Shown here piece after piece: positions 4,616 through 12,542 of a stretch of DNA of 34,310 nucleotides. The stretch lies in IMG/VR virus record IMGVR_UViG_3300033892_000029; one strand, written 5' to 3'. The notes under the pieces were generated by a model. It saw only the letters and a program-made list of their open reading frames with translations, was not told the origin of the DNA and did no database searches. Positions within the stretch are counted from its first letter, which is position 1; every line of letters starts with the position of its first letter. Made by a program: the position numbers and the translations under genes. Origin of the DNA: a virus.

Positions 4616-6417
4616 AGTTCCCTCGCCAGCAGTTCGAGACGTTCTGCAGCCGCCTGGTGCTGAACTCCAAGGAGCAGGGCCGGGTGCCGTTCCGGTGGAA
4701 CGGGGCACAGGTGCGTTTCGTGGATGAAATGGAAAAGGGCTTAGGCCGCGAGCAGCACAAGATCGTCGTGTGCAAGGCCCGCCAGCTGGGCATCACCACG
4801 ATGACGCTGGCGCTGGACCTGTTCTGGCTGTTCCGCCATCCAGGTACGCAGGGGGCGCTGGCGGTCAGCAACGAGTCGGTCCGCGACCTGTCGCGCAACA
4901 TCCTGACCAACTACCTGGACGGGTTGCCCAACGGCATGAAGGTGCCGGTGAAGATCGACAACCGCACCGAGATCCGTTTCACCAACACCTCGCGTCTGGC
5001 CCACATGATCGCCGGCGGCCGCAACTCCGGCGCGCTGGCTCGCGGCCAGGGTCTCAACTACGCCCACATGACCGAGATGAGCAGTTGGGCGGACCCGGAG
5101 GGGGTGGTGTCGCTGGATGCCTCGCTCGCCGAAACGCACCCCAACCGCCTCTACATTGCCGAGTCCACCGCGCGCGGGTTCAACGTCTTCCACGACATGT
5201 GGGAGGACGCCGAGCGCTCGCTCTCGACCAACGCGATCTTCATCGGCTGGTGGGCGAAGGAGGACTATCGCATGCCGCGCACCTCGCGGCTGTGGGATAC
5301 CTATGGACGCGCCCGGCCCAGCCGCGACGAGCAGGCGTGGGCACGCGAGGTGAAGAAGCGCTACGGCCACGAGATCACCCCCGAGCAGTTCGCCTGGTGG
5401 CGCTGGAAGTGGGCCGAATCGGGCGAGAGCCGCCTCCTGGTCGCCGAGTATCCCTGGACCGCCGACCAGGCCTTCGTCATGACCGGCGACCAGTTCTTCG
5501 GCGCGCAGACGCTCAAGAAAATCAAGGAAGCCGCGTTGCAGGTGCCGCGGCAGTGCTGGCGCTACGTGATCGGCCCGCGCTTCGAGGACACGGCGTTGGA
5601 GCCCGATGAGGACGGTCCGCTGTCGATCTTCGAGGAGCCGCGTTCGGACGCCGAGTACGTGATCGCCGCCGATCCGGCCTACGGGGAGAGCGAGTGGGCC
5701 GATCACTTCTGCGCCCAGGTGCTGCGCTGCGAGCGCGACCGCGTGGTGCAGGTGGCGGAGTTCAACTCTCCCGATTGCACCATGTACGGCTTTGCCTGGA
5801 TTCTTGCCCACCTGGCCGGCGCCTATTCCTCGATCGCCAAGCCGGCCACCCTGATCATCGAGCTGGGCGGCCCGGGGCGGGGCGTGCTGCAGGAGCTGCA
5901 GCGCATGCCCGAGCAGTACGCCGACCGCATCGACTCGCTCAGCCCCAGCGCGCAGCGGGCGCTTCAGAACCTGTTCGGTTCGATCCGCCACTACCTGTAC
6001 CGTCGCCCCGACAGCCTCTCCGGCGGCCGGCTGCTGCAATGGGAGACGACCTGGAAGACCAAGCAGATCATGATGAACCTGTTGCGCGACGGCATCGAGC
6101 GCGGCATGGTCACGGTCAACAGCCCCGAATGGCCCGAGGAGGCGCGCTACGTCACCCAGAACGGCAGCCGCATCCAAGCCGAAGGCCAGCACAAGGACGA
6201 CCGCGTGGTGGCGATGGCGCTGGGCGTGGTGGCCTGGCAGCAGCAGGTGCTGCCCGAACTCCTGGCCGCCCATGCCGAAGCCGGCTACGGCCGCGGGCCG
6301 GCCGCGCCGCTGGATCGCGCGGTGCACAACTGGCTGGACGGCATCCGCTCGGGCGCCGAGGATGCGCTCTGGTCCACGCCTTCCTACGGCTACGCATCCT
6401 GGGACGAGTTGCAGTAG
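4612..6417 (+). CDS. terL: Terminase large subunit (601 aa)
   Basis: GTG at 4612 in the frame of ORF 4441..6417. Walker-A-like VVCKARQLGITT, then LAHMIAGG...GQGLNYAHMTEMSSW, ESTARG, and a C-terminal nuclease-type HKDDRVVAMALGVVAW. The gene sits upstream of the portal. Confidence 0.88.
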   Translation: MKFPRQQFETFCSRLVLNSKEQGRVPFRWNGAQVRFVDEMEKGLGREQHKIVVCKARQLGITTMTLALDLFWLFRHPGTQGALAVSNESVRDLSRNILTNYLDGLPNGMKVPVKIDNRTEIRFTNTSRLAHMIAGGRNSGALARGQGLNYAHMTEMSSWADPEGVVSLDASLAETHPNRLYIAESTARGFNVFHDMWEDAERSLSTNAIFIGWWAKEDYRMPRTSRLWDTYGRARPSRDEQAWAREVKKRYGHEITPEQFAWWRWKWAESGESRLLVAEYPWTADQAFVMTGDQFFGAQTLKKIKEAALQVPRQCWRYVIGPRFEDTALEPDEDGPLSIFEEPRSDAEYVIAADPAYGESEWADHFCAQVLRCERDRVVQVAEFNSPDCTMYGFAWILAHLAGAYSSIAKPATLIIELGGPGRGVLQELQRMPEQYADRIDSLSPSAQRALQNLFGSIRHYLYRRPDSLSGGRLLQWETTWKTKQIMMNLLRDGIERGMVTVNSPEWPEEARYVTQNGSRIQAEGQHKDDRVVAMALGVVAWQQQVLPELLAAHAEAGYGRGPAAPLDRAVHNWLDGIRSGAEDALWSTPSYGYASWDELQ

Positions 6418-6499
6418 CATCGCACGCAAAGCATGCTCTGAGCGTTGGCTTTACCAACGATCATCGCCGCATAGCCACCCTAAGACCGGAGGACTGTCC

Positions 6500-6727
6500 A
6501 TGAGCCGTCTGACCGCCGCGGAACGTCGCAAGCGCCCGGCGCGGGATTTCGCGGGGCCGGACAAGACCTTTCCGGACTACGACCGCAAGCACCAGCGCGC
6601 GGCGATCTCCGGTGCCTCGCGCGCCTACCATGCCGGCCACATCAGCAAGGCGACCGAGCAGCGCATCCAAGCCCGCGAGCGCCGCAAGCTGTCCTCCCGC
6701 TCCACCCGCAAAGGATCTTCCCGATGA
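6500..6727 (+). CDS. Small basic protein (75 aa)
   Basis: ATG at 6500 with GGAGGA at 6488-6493. MSRLTAAERRKRPARDFAGPDKTFPDYDRKHQRAAISGASRAYHAGHISKATEQRIQARERRKL... From memory it resembles the DUF6582-type small proteins; unverified. Confidence 0.6.
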   Translation: MSRLTAAERRKRPARDFAGPDKTFPDYDRKHQRAAISGASRAYHAGHISKATEQRIQARERRKLSSRSTRKGSSR

Positions 6728-6864
6728 TTACCGCCCTGTTCTGGATCTTGATCGCCCTCGTGGCGCTCGACGTCATTGCCCACCTTCAGCACATCACGGT
6801 CGTGGATGAGCTGAAAAAGGACCTGGCATGGATCAAGTCCAAGCTGGAGGGAGGCTCTTCGTGA
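6724..6864 (+). CDS. Small membrane protein (46 aa)
   Basis: Hand translation: MITALFWILIALVALDVIAHLQHITVVDELKKDLAWIKSKLEGGSS. ATGA overlaps at both ends and an N-terminal hydrophobic helix. Confidence 0.5.
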   Translation: MITALFWILIALVALDVIAHLQHITVVDELKKDLAWIKSKLEGGSS

Positions 6865-7388
6865 TGAAGCGCTGGCGCTGTCTCCACTGCTGGGCGCCGG
6901 AGGTGGCGGAGGCCGAGTGGGAAGACCATCTCACGCAGTCGTTCTGCCGCCTGTGCGGGAGCGCCGGCACGCGCATCTACGAATTCGGCTGCTTCGTGTG
7001 CGACGACCAGGGCGTGATCTTCTGGGGCGAGGAGGCGCCCAGCCACCCCTGTCCGGACTGCAACAGCCCGTCCTACCGCATCGTGCATGCGCCCTACGTC
7101 GCCAGCCCCGAGCGCCGTGCCGATTTCAAGGCCGCCGACCGACTGCTGGAGACCGAGTTGACGAACCAGAACCGCTCCCTCTCCACCTTCGAGCGCAACG
7201 CCAAGCCGGTGGACGAGCGCGTGGCGGCCGCGCGGGCGCAAGCACAAGCGAATGGCGGCCTGGCCGGCGGCTGGGTCGCGCCGGCGCAGGTGATCGGTCG
7301 TGCGATGCCAGGCAGTCAGGCGAACCCGCTGGGCACGATGCCGCGGCCCACGACGATCATCGCCGGCAAATACGACAAGGTGGACTAG
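6864..7388 (+). CDS. Double zinc-ribbon protein (174 aa) between terminase and portal
   Basis: ATG at 6864 in ORF 6828..7388. Four CxxC pairs: CLHC, CRLC, CFVC and CPDC. Confidence 0.65.
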   Translation: MKRWRCLHCWAPEVAEAEWEDHLTQSFCRLCGSAGTRIYEFGCFVCDDQGVIFWGEEAPSHPCPDCNSPSYRIVHAPYVASPERRADFKAADRLLETELTNQNRSLSTFERNAKPVDERVAAARAQAQANGGLAGGWVAPAQVIGRAMPGSQANPLGTMPRPTTIIAGKYDKVD

Positions 7389-7391
7389 CTC

Positions 7392-9065
7392 ATGCGCATC
7401 CCGAAGGCGCCGGCGGAACGGATCGACTGGCTGTACAGCACGCTCGCCCGCCTGCGTCGCTCGATGGACGACCGGCGCGCCAAGGCGCGCACGTGGCGCA
7501 GCTGGTACCTGCATGGCGCCCCGGAGTGGGGCGCGCGCTACAACATGATCTGCCCGCAGGTGAACACCCTGGCCGGCTACCTGTACGCGCCGCGCAGCGT
7601 GCGTTTCAGCCTCAACGCCGGGCCGGTGGCCAAGGCCGGCAAGATCGCCCTGTTCGAGACCGCCGCGGTGCGCCTGCGCACGCTGTGGAACGAGTCCTGC
7701 GCGGATGAGGCCTACAGCAACCAGACGCTCTGGAGCCTGGTCTATGGCTCGAGCTTCCTGAAGTTCCGCTGGGCCGAGGGCAAGCCGCGCTGCCTGCCGG
7801 TGGCGGCCTTTGACCTGGGCGTGTGGCGCGACGACCTGCCGGACCTGGAAGATCAACAGGCGATCCTGCACACCTATCGGCTGGATGGGGAGACCGTGCG
7901 CCTGTGGCTGGTCTCCGCCGGCATGCCCGGACCGGAGGTGGACGCGTGGATGCGCCGCTTGGGCAACGGCAACAGCGGCGAAAGCCCCAGCCGCGGCGCG
8001 GTTGCAGTGGGCCAGATGAACCCGATCGGGTGGTCCGGCGGCGTCTCGCAGGGCGTGGCCGGCGCGGTGACCGACTGGGGCAGCGTCAGTGCCGACTACG
8101 GCGGTGATTCGCCGACGCTGGAGATCGAGGAGATGTGGGTGCGCGACGATGCGACCCGCGACTGGCGCATCTTCCAGATCATCGAGAAGGACCTGATCCT
8201 GTCCGATCGGCCGAACGATTTCCTGCCCGAGCACCATCCGTTCGTCAAACTCACCCCGGACCCGGTGGATGAATGGTTCTGGGGCCGCTCGACGGTGGAG
8301 CAGCTGATTCCGCTGCAGGCCCTGCGCGAGAAGCGCATGAACCAGCTCGACCGCCTGTGCGCGCGCCAGGCCAACCCGCCGATGGTGGCCAGCGGCCTGA
8401 GCGGCGTGACCGACGAGAAGGCGGCGGCCGTGATGCGCCGCGGCGGCCTGCTGGGTTCCTCGCAGGTGCCCGGCGCCAAGATCGACCTGCTCACGCCGCA
8501 GGTCTCGGAAATCAGCTTCGCGCTGATCAACGACATCGACGCGATGTTTTCCAACACGCTTGGCCTCACCGACATGCTGCAGGGCCAATCCTCAGGCAAC
8601 GAGCGTGGCGGCGCGCACGCGCGGGCGATGATGGAAGCGGGCGCCAGCCGCCTGACGCGCCGGATGCAGAACGTGGAGCGCGCAGTGGCGGAAGGCGCCT
8701 CGCTGCTGATGGAGCTGGCCAAGCGCTACGACGACACGGTGCTGGTCGATGATGACGATCAGCGCTACCTCATGGCGCAGGTGCCGGAGGAAGCGATGGT
8801 GGAAGTGGCCGCGCATTCGGCCTCGCCGCTGTTCGCCACCCGCGCGCAGCAGGACGCCGCGCAGCTGATGGAGCTGGGCATCATCGACAAGACCGATTTC
8901 CTGGACCTGGCCGATCCGCCGATGTCCGAGGCGCTCAAGATGCGCATGAAGGCGCGCGACAAGCAGCACCAGAAGCAGGTCCAGCAGGCCATCCAGCAGA
9001 CCCCCGAGAACGACCGCTGGCAGCTGTTTACCAGCCTGCTGGGCCTCGGCAAGAAGCGCGCCTGA
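7392..9065 (+). CDS. Portal protein (557 aa)
   Basis: ORF track. The size, the position after the terminase and ahead of scaffold and capsid, and the acidic/basic helical C-terminus all fit. No search was run. Confidence 0.75.
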   Translation: MRIPKAPAERIDWLYSTLARLRRSMDDRRAKARTWRSWYLHGAPEWGARYNMICPQVNTLAGYLYAPRSVRFSLNAGPVAKAGKIALFETAAVRLRTLWNESCADEAYSNQTLWSLVYGSSFLKFRWAEGKPRCLPVAAFDLGVWRDDLPDLEDQQAILHTYRLDGETVRLWLVSAGMPGPEVDAWMRRLGNGNSGESPSRGAVAVGQMNPIGWSGGVSQGVAGAVTDWGSVSADYGGDSPTLEIEEMWVRDDATRDWRIFQIIEKDLILSDRPNDFLPEHHPFVKLTPDPVDEWFWGRSTVEQLIPLQALREKRMNQLDRLCARQANPPMVASGLSGVTDEKAAAVMRRGGLLGSSQVPGAKIDLLTPQVSEISFALINDIDAMFSNTLGLTDMLQGQSSGNERGGAHARAMMEAGASRLTRRMQNVERAVAEGASLLMELAKRYDDTVLVDDDDQRYLMAQVPEEAMVEVAAHSASPLFATRAQQDAAQLMELGIIDKTDFLDLADPPMSEALKMRMKARDKQHQKQVQQAIQQTPENDRWQLFTSLLGLGKKRA

Positions 9066-9079
9066 CACTCACCCAAAAA

Positions 9080-9118
9080 GAAGGCCCCGACACCCAAGGG
9101 GTAGATGTCGGAGCCTTC
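9080..9118 (+). terminator. Strong stem-loop just after the portal stop (possible terminator or processing site; no U-tract)
   Basis: GAAGGCCCCGACA (9080-9092) pairs with TGTCGGAGCCTTC (9106-9118): 12 of 13 bp around a 13-nt loop. A perfect GGAGAC-TTGC-GTCTCC hairpin follows at 9121-9136. Confidence 0.3.
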
Positions 9119-9556
9119 AAGGAGACTTGCGTCTCCAGCCGGTGAGGGCTATGCTCGTCCCGCGACGGACTTGCGGGACCCATCTTACCTCTTTTTTCGG
9201 GAACTGCAAGCCTGTCGCCGTCAAGACGCACGACAGTCGTGGGCCTGTATGGGCTGCCCGTCAGAGTACACCGAGGCGCGGAGCACACTCTCCGCGACCC
9301 TCGCCCCGGCGTTCCTCCAGCGACCGGGTAGAGCCGTGGCAAGTGACGTCGGCGTGAGCCGGCCCAGAGTCATGGCGAAAGGAATGGGGGCGTCCCGCGA
9401 CACGGGTTCCTTTCACCGGGCAGAGGTCCACTCTTTCTGCCAGGAACGAGAAGGGAATGAGTGACGATGACCGCTACGGTTTCTCCACCGGCCTAGAGCG
9501 CCGGATCGAGCAGAAGCCATAGGTCACGTCTGGGCAGACCGTGCCTCGAAAAAACC

Positions 9557-9586
9557 TTGACTTCTTGCGTGAACCGGTTCTAGAAA
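9557..9586 (+). promoter_or_regulatory. Candidate internal sigma-70-type promoter for the capsid gene set
   Basis: TTGACT (9557-9562), an 18-nt spacer, then TAGAAA (9581-9586), preceded by an A-tract. This would give a leader of about 120 nt containing the 9664-9680 hairpin and AAGGAG at 9701-9706. Confidence 0.3.
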
Positions 9587-9712
9587 GGCGACAGTGCGGT
9601 GCCTTGGCATGCGCACGGGTTCCCCGTCAGGGGATGAAAGAGAACCAGGGTGATCTCTGAAAAGGTTCCACTTAGGAACCGTTCGTCCGCCCGTCAATCG
9701 AAGGAGAGCGTC

Positions 9713-9769
9713 ATGGCTCGCAAGTCGCATCGCAAGGCCCGCAAGGGCGGTCGCAAGGCCCGCAAGTAA
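9713..9769 (+). CDS. Micro-ORF encoding an 18-aa Arg/Lys-rich peptide (MARKSHRKARKGGRKARK)
   Basis: ATG at 9713 lies 6 nt after a strong AAGGAG. 10 of 18 residues are Arg/Lys, built from five x-CGC-AAG units. The stop overlaps the next ATG (TAATG). Confidence 0.45.
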   Translation: MARKSHRKARKGGRKARK

Positions 9770-9870
9770 TGGCAACCGCCATGCAAACGGGTGCGGCCAA
9801 GCGCAACATCAAGAAGGCCATCGCCGCGCGCAGTTCGGGCCGCAAGCCCACGCGCAAGGCGATGCGCTGA
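9769..9870 (+). CDS. Micro-ORF encoding a 33-aa basic peptide (MATAMQTGAAKRNIKKAIAARSSGRKPTRKAMR)
   Basis: ATG at 9769 is coupled to the previous stop; an alternative ATG lies at 9781. 10 of 33 residues are Arg/Lys. The TGA at 9868-9870 is in frame with the ATG at 9874, one codon later. Confidence 0.4.
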   Translation: MATAMQTGAAKRNIKKAIAARSSGRKPTRKAMR

Positions 9871-9873
9871 CGC

Positions 9874-10224
9874 ATGGCCACGCCGAATCTCGGCACGCTG
9901 TCGCAGCCGTTGCCCATGGGTGGGCAGACCCAGGGCGCGGCTGCGCCGGCACCGGCCACCAACCAAGCCTCGCCGGACGGCCAGACCGCGCTCTCGCGCG
10001 GCAAGGTCATGCAGGCGATCCAGGCGATCAGCACGGAACTGCCCAACTTCCCGGTCGGCTCCGAAGAGCACACCGCGCTGCTCGATACGGTGAAGAAGCT
10101 CGGCAAGTATTTCTCCGGCTGGAGCACGTCGGCCCAACCGGCACCCCAGACGCAACAGGCCGCCCAGCAGGTCGCGGGTTCGCCCGCCATGGGTGGCGCC
10201 CCGTCCCCTCAGGAGGCAGCCTAA
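9874..10224 (+). CDS. Hypothetical virion-module protein (116 aa)
   Basis: ORF track. Gln/Ala/Pro-rich ends around a helical core (GKVMQAIQAISTELPNFPVGSEEHTALLDTVKKLGKYF). Confidence 0.65.
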   Translation: MATPNLGTLSQPLPMGGQTQGAAAPAPATNQASPDGQTALSRGKVMQAIQAISTELPNFPVGSEEHTALLDTVKKLGKYFSGWSTSAQPAPQTQQAAQQVAGSPAMGGAPSPQEAA

Positions 10225-10428
10225 ATGGCCATCCGTCCGAACAACCTGACGCCCAACAAGGGCGGTGATGTCACGGCGCCGACCGTGGATGACAAGCCGC
10301 GCCGCTACTCCAACCTCATCAACCAGCCGTGGGTGCCGCAGTTCGGGGGCGCCAAGGCGGTGGCGAACGCGGTCAAGAAGGCTCCGTACGGCCGCATCGC
10401 GCACGTCGGCAAGCGCGGGAACCCGTAA
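10225..10428 (+). CDS. Hypothetical protein (67 aa)
   Basis: ORF track. Directly abuts the previous stop, and its own stop overlaps the next start (TAATG). Confidence 0.6.
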   Translation: MAIRPNNLTPNKGGDVTAPTVDDKPRRYSNLINQPWVPQFGGAKAVANAVKKAPYGRIAHVGKRGNP

Positions 10429-10658
10429 TGGCCAGCAACCGGCCCTCGCTGTCCGCGCCGACCTACGGTTCCCTCACCGGGAACATCAACTGGTCGCGCG
10501 GCATCGGTGAGCAGCTGGCGCAAACCGCGACCACCGCGACCACCACGCCGACCACCACCACTACGGCGGCCCCGACCACCGCGACGAGCAACTTCGGCGG
10601 CGGTGGCGGCGGTGCGTCGTCGCCCGGTCCCTTCCTTTCGATCATTGCCCAGAGGTAA
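10428..10658 (+). CDS. Hypothetical Thr-rich protein (76 aa)
   Basis: ATG at 10428 in the frame of ORF 10329..10658. MASNRPSLSAPTYGSLTGNINWSRGIGEQLAQTATTATTTPTTTTTAAPTTATSNFGGGGGGASSPGPFLSIIAQR. Confidence 0.55.
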   Translation: MASNRPSLSAPTYGSLTGNINWSRGIGEQLAQTATTATTTPTTTTTAAPTTATSNFGGGGGGASSPGPFLSIIAQR

Positions 10659-10662
10659 CGTC

Positions 10663-11205
10663 ATGCCTGCCCTTGACGAACAAGAAATTGCCGTCCTCGC
10701 GGAACTGAAGAGCAGTGACCCCGCGCTGTACCGCAAGATCCGCGGCGAGGCGCTGCGCGCCGCCGCCAAGCTGCATCCGGACATCGTGGTGCCGGAAGTG
10801 GAGATGGGCCATGCGATCGAGCAACTGCGCGCCGATCACGAGAAAAGCCTGACCGAGGTCAAGGCGCAGCTGGACGCCGAGCGCGCGGCGCGGGCCAAGG
10901 CTGAAGCGCTGGCGGCGGCCCGCGAGAAACATGGGCTGGCGCCGTCCGAGATCGGCCAGGTCGAGAAGTTCATGAAGGACAACCAGATCCAGGACTTCGA
11001 GGCAGGCGTGCGCTTCATGCGCCTGCAGCAGGCCGAGGGTGCCAAGATGAGGAACGGCGTCCCCACCAGCGGCATGATGGAGCTGCCGACGAACTTCGCG
11101 GAAGCGCTGAAGGATCGCCGCGGCGCCCGCCGTCGCAACCTCTTTGCTGCCGTGTCGGACCTGCGCAAGGCGCAGAACCGCGCGGATTTCCTCGCAACGA
11201 ACTGA
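10663..11205 (+). CDS. Scaffolding protein candidate (180 aa)
   Basis: ATG at 10663 in the frame of ORF 10507..11205. Charged, Ala-rich helical sequence (EKSLTEVKAQLDAERAARAKAEALAAAREKHG) immediately upstream of the major capsid gene. The role is inferred from synteny. Confidence 0.6.
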   Translation: MPALDEQEIAVLAELKSSDPALYRKIRGEALRAAAKLHPDIVVPEVEMGHAIEQLRADHEKSLTEVKAQLDAERAARAKAEALAAAREKHGLAPSEIGQVEKFMKDNQIQDFEAGVRFMRLQQAEGAKMRNGVPTSGMMELPTNFAEALKDRRGARRRNLFAAVSDLRKAQNRADFLATN

Positions 11206-11221
11206 TTGAAGGAAAGCCGTC

Positions 11222-12217
11222 ATGCCTCAATTCGGAAGCGGTATCGTACCCAGTGGGGCCCTCGGGACCCAGCTCTCTGCCGTCACCCGTCGCGGCATCA
11301 CCGAAGATGCCATCGTCGCCCTCTACCAAGCCTCGCCCACGCTGGCGCTGCTGTTCTCCAAGGCCAACGCCGCCTCCGGCGGTGTGTCGTCGGTGACGGT
11401 GCCGGTGCAGCTCTCGCCGCTAACGGCGGGCAGCTGGACGGACTTCGGCGGCGCCTTCCCCGCGCCGCAGGTCATGTCCGGTCTGGTGCCGGCGGAGTTC
11501 AACCTGAAGGGCCTGGTGGTCCCGGTACCGCTGCTCGGCATGCAGTCGATGCTGCAGGTGGACGAGACGGTGGTCTCGCTGCTGGAAGCGACCATGGACG
11601 ACGCCAGCAACCAGGCGGTCTCCATGCTGACCAACGCGCTCTTCAACAACGCCTCGAACGCGCAGCAGCTCGGCGGCTTCCCGCTGGCGATCAGCAATAC
11701 CGGCACCTACGGCGGCATCAACCGTGCGACCTACACGAACTGGCAGTCGAACGTGATCGCCGAGGGCACCGTGGCGCCCACGCGCAACTCGACCCTGCTG
11801 GACGTCATCAAGACCACCAGCGCGGGCTTCGGCGAGCGGCCGACCTTCGGCGTGACCGGTCCGCTGACCTGGCACAATCTGGCGACCGACTTCACCTCGC
11901 AGGAACGCTACAACGTCAACCCGGGCGGCACCTACGCCGACAGCCAGTTCGGCGCCGCGGCGATGTTCCAAGCGCTGTCGGTCGGCGGCGTGCCGATCTA
12001 CCTGGACGCGAACGCGACCGAGGGCGAGATCTACTACCTCAACGAGAACTACGTGTCGCTGTACATCCACCAGGATGTGAGCTTCGGCTTCACGGGGTTC
12101 GAGTCCACCCTGATCAACAACCAGATCGGTTTCATCGGCGCGCTCTTGAGCCTGCTCGAACTGGTCGTGTCCAAGCCCTCCACCTGCACGGTGGCGACCG
12201 GCTACACCCATTCCTAA
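11222..12217 (+). CDS. Major capsid protein (331 aa)
   Basis: ORF track. The size, the position after the scaffold, and a sequence typical of podovirus HK97-fold capsid proteins (..TGTYGGINRATYTNWQSNV.., C-terminal ..IGFIGALLSLLELVVSKP) all fit. No search was run. Confidence 0.8.
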   Translation: MPQFGSGIVPSGALGTQLSAVTRRGITEDAIVALYQASPTLALLFSKANAASGGVSSVTVPVQLSPLTAGSWTDFGGAFPAPQVMSGLVPAEFNLKGLVVPVPLLGMQSMLQVDETVVSLLEATMDDASNQAVSMLTNALFNNASNAQQLGGFPLAISNTGTYGGINRATYTNWQSNVIAEGTVAPTRNSTLLDVIKTTSAGFGERPTFGVTGPLTWHNLATDFTSQERYNVNPGGTYADSQFGAAAMFQALSVGGVPIYLDANATEGEIYYLNENYVSLYIHQDVSFGFTGFESTLINNQIGFIGALLSLLELVVSKPSTCTVATGYTHS

Positions 12218-12229
12218 CGAGGACGTGCC

Positions 12230-12532
12230 ATGAGCCTGATTTCGGCCAAGACGCTACTCCCGGGGACCGGCATTGCGATGGGCGGCGCCGGTTCGGCCTA
12301 CACCACCTACAACAGCAACGTGTTCAGCGCGGCAGGCAACTTCACGCTGCCGGCCGGCGACTGGTGGGTGCTCCCGACCGCCGACACGTCGGTGCAGGTA
12401 TCCATCGATGGCGGCACCACGTGGGAGACGGTCTACCCGGTCACCACCGGCGGCTTCATCCGCTCCGATGGCGCCAACGCCCGCATCAACGCGACGGCGG
12501 CCATCACCGTCTACTACTTCGGTCCGGCGTGA
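12230..12532 (+). CDS. Small beta-rich virion protein (100 aa); capsid decoration/cement candidate by position
   Basis: ORF track. Lies directly after the capsid gene. The role is an inference. Confidence 0.6.
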   Translation: MSLISAKTLLPGTGIAMGGAGSAYTTYNSNVFSAAGNFTLPAGDWWVLPTADTSVQVSIDGGTTWETVYPVTTGGFIRSDGANARINATAAITVYYFGPA

Positions 12533-12542
12533 ACCGTGAACG

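Larger units (their letters stand above)
9066..9712 (+). other. 647-nt non-coding, hairpin-dense spacer inside the morphogenesis operon (candidate structured RNA plus internal promoter and leader)
   Basis: No convincing ORF. The plus ORF 9105..9464 has only about 60% G/C at third positions by my count and an unprotein-like sequence. At least nine stem-loops can be read by eye: 9080-9118, 9121-9136, 9157-9179, 9212-9236, 9272-9303, 9405-9447, 9488-9504, 9521-9546 and 9664-9680. Confidence 0.6.

Noticed and set aside
4741-6429. 562-aa minus-strand ORF antisense to the terminase
   Set aside because: A typical high-GC shadow ORF: an Arg/Gly/Ala/His/Leu-rich product with no motifs. The opposite strand carries clear terminase motifs.
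6786-8588. 600-aa minus-strand ORF antisense to the portal region
   Set aside because: Shadow ORF with the same Arg/Gly/Ala/His composition. The plus strand has the coherent, translationally coupled gene series.
9105-9464. 119-aa plus ORF inside the portal-scaffold gap as a real gene
   Set aside because: Only about 60% G/C at third positions by my count, a Ser/Arg/Cys-rich unprotein-like sequence and no Shine-Dalgarno. The start also sits inside a strong hairpin. Kept open as an alternative in the finding.
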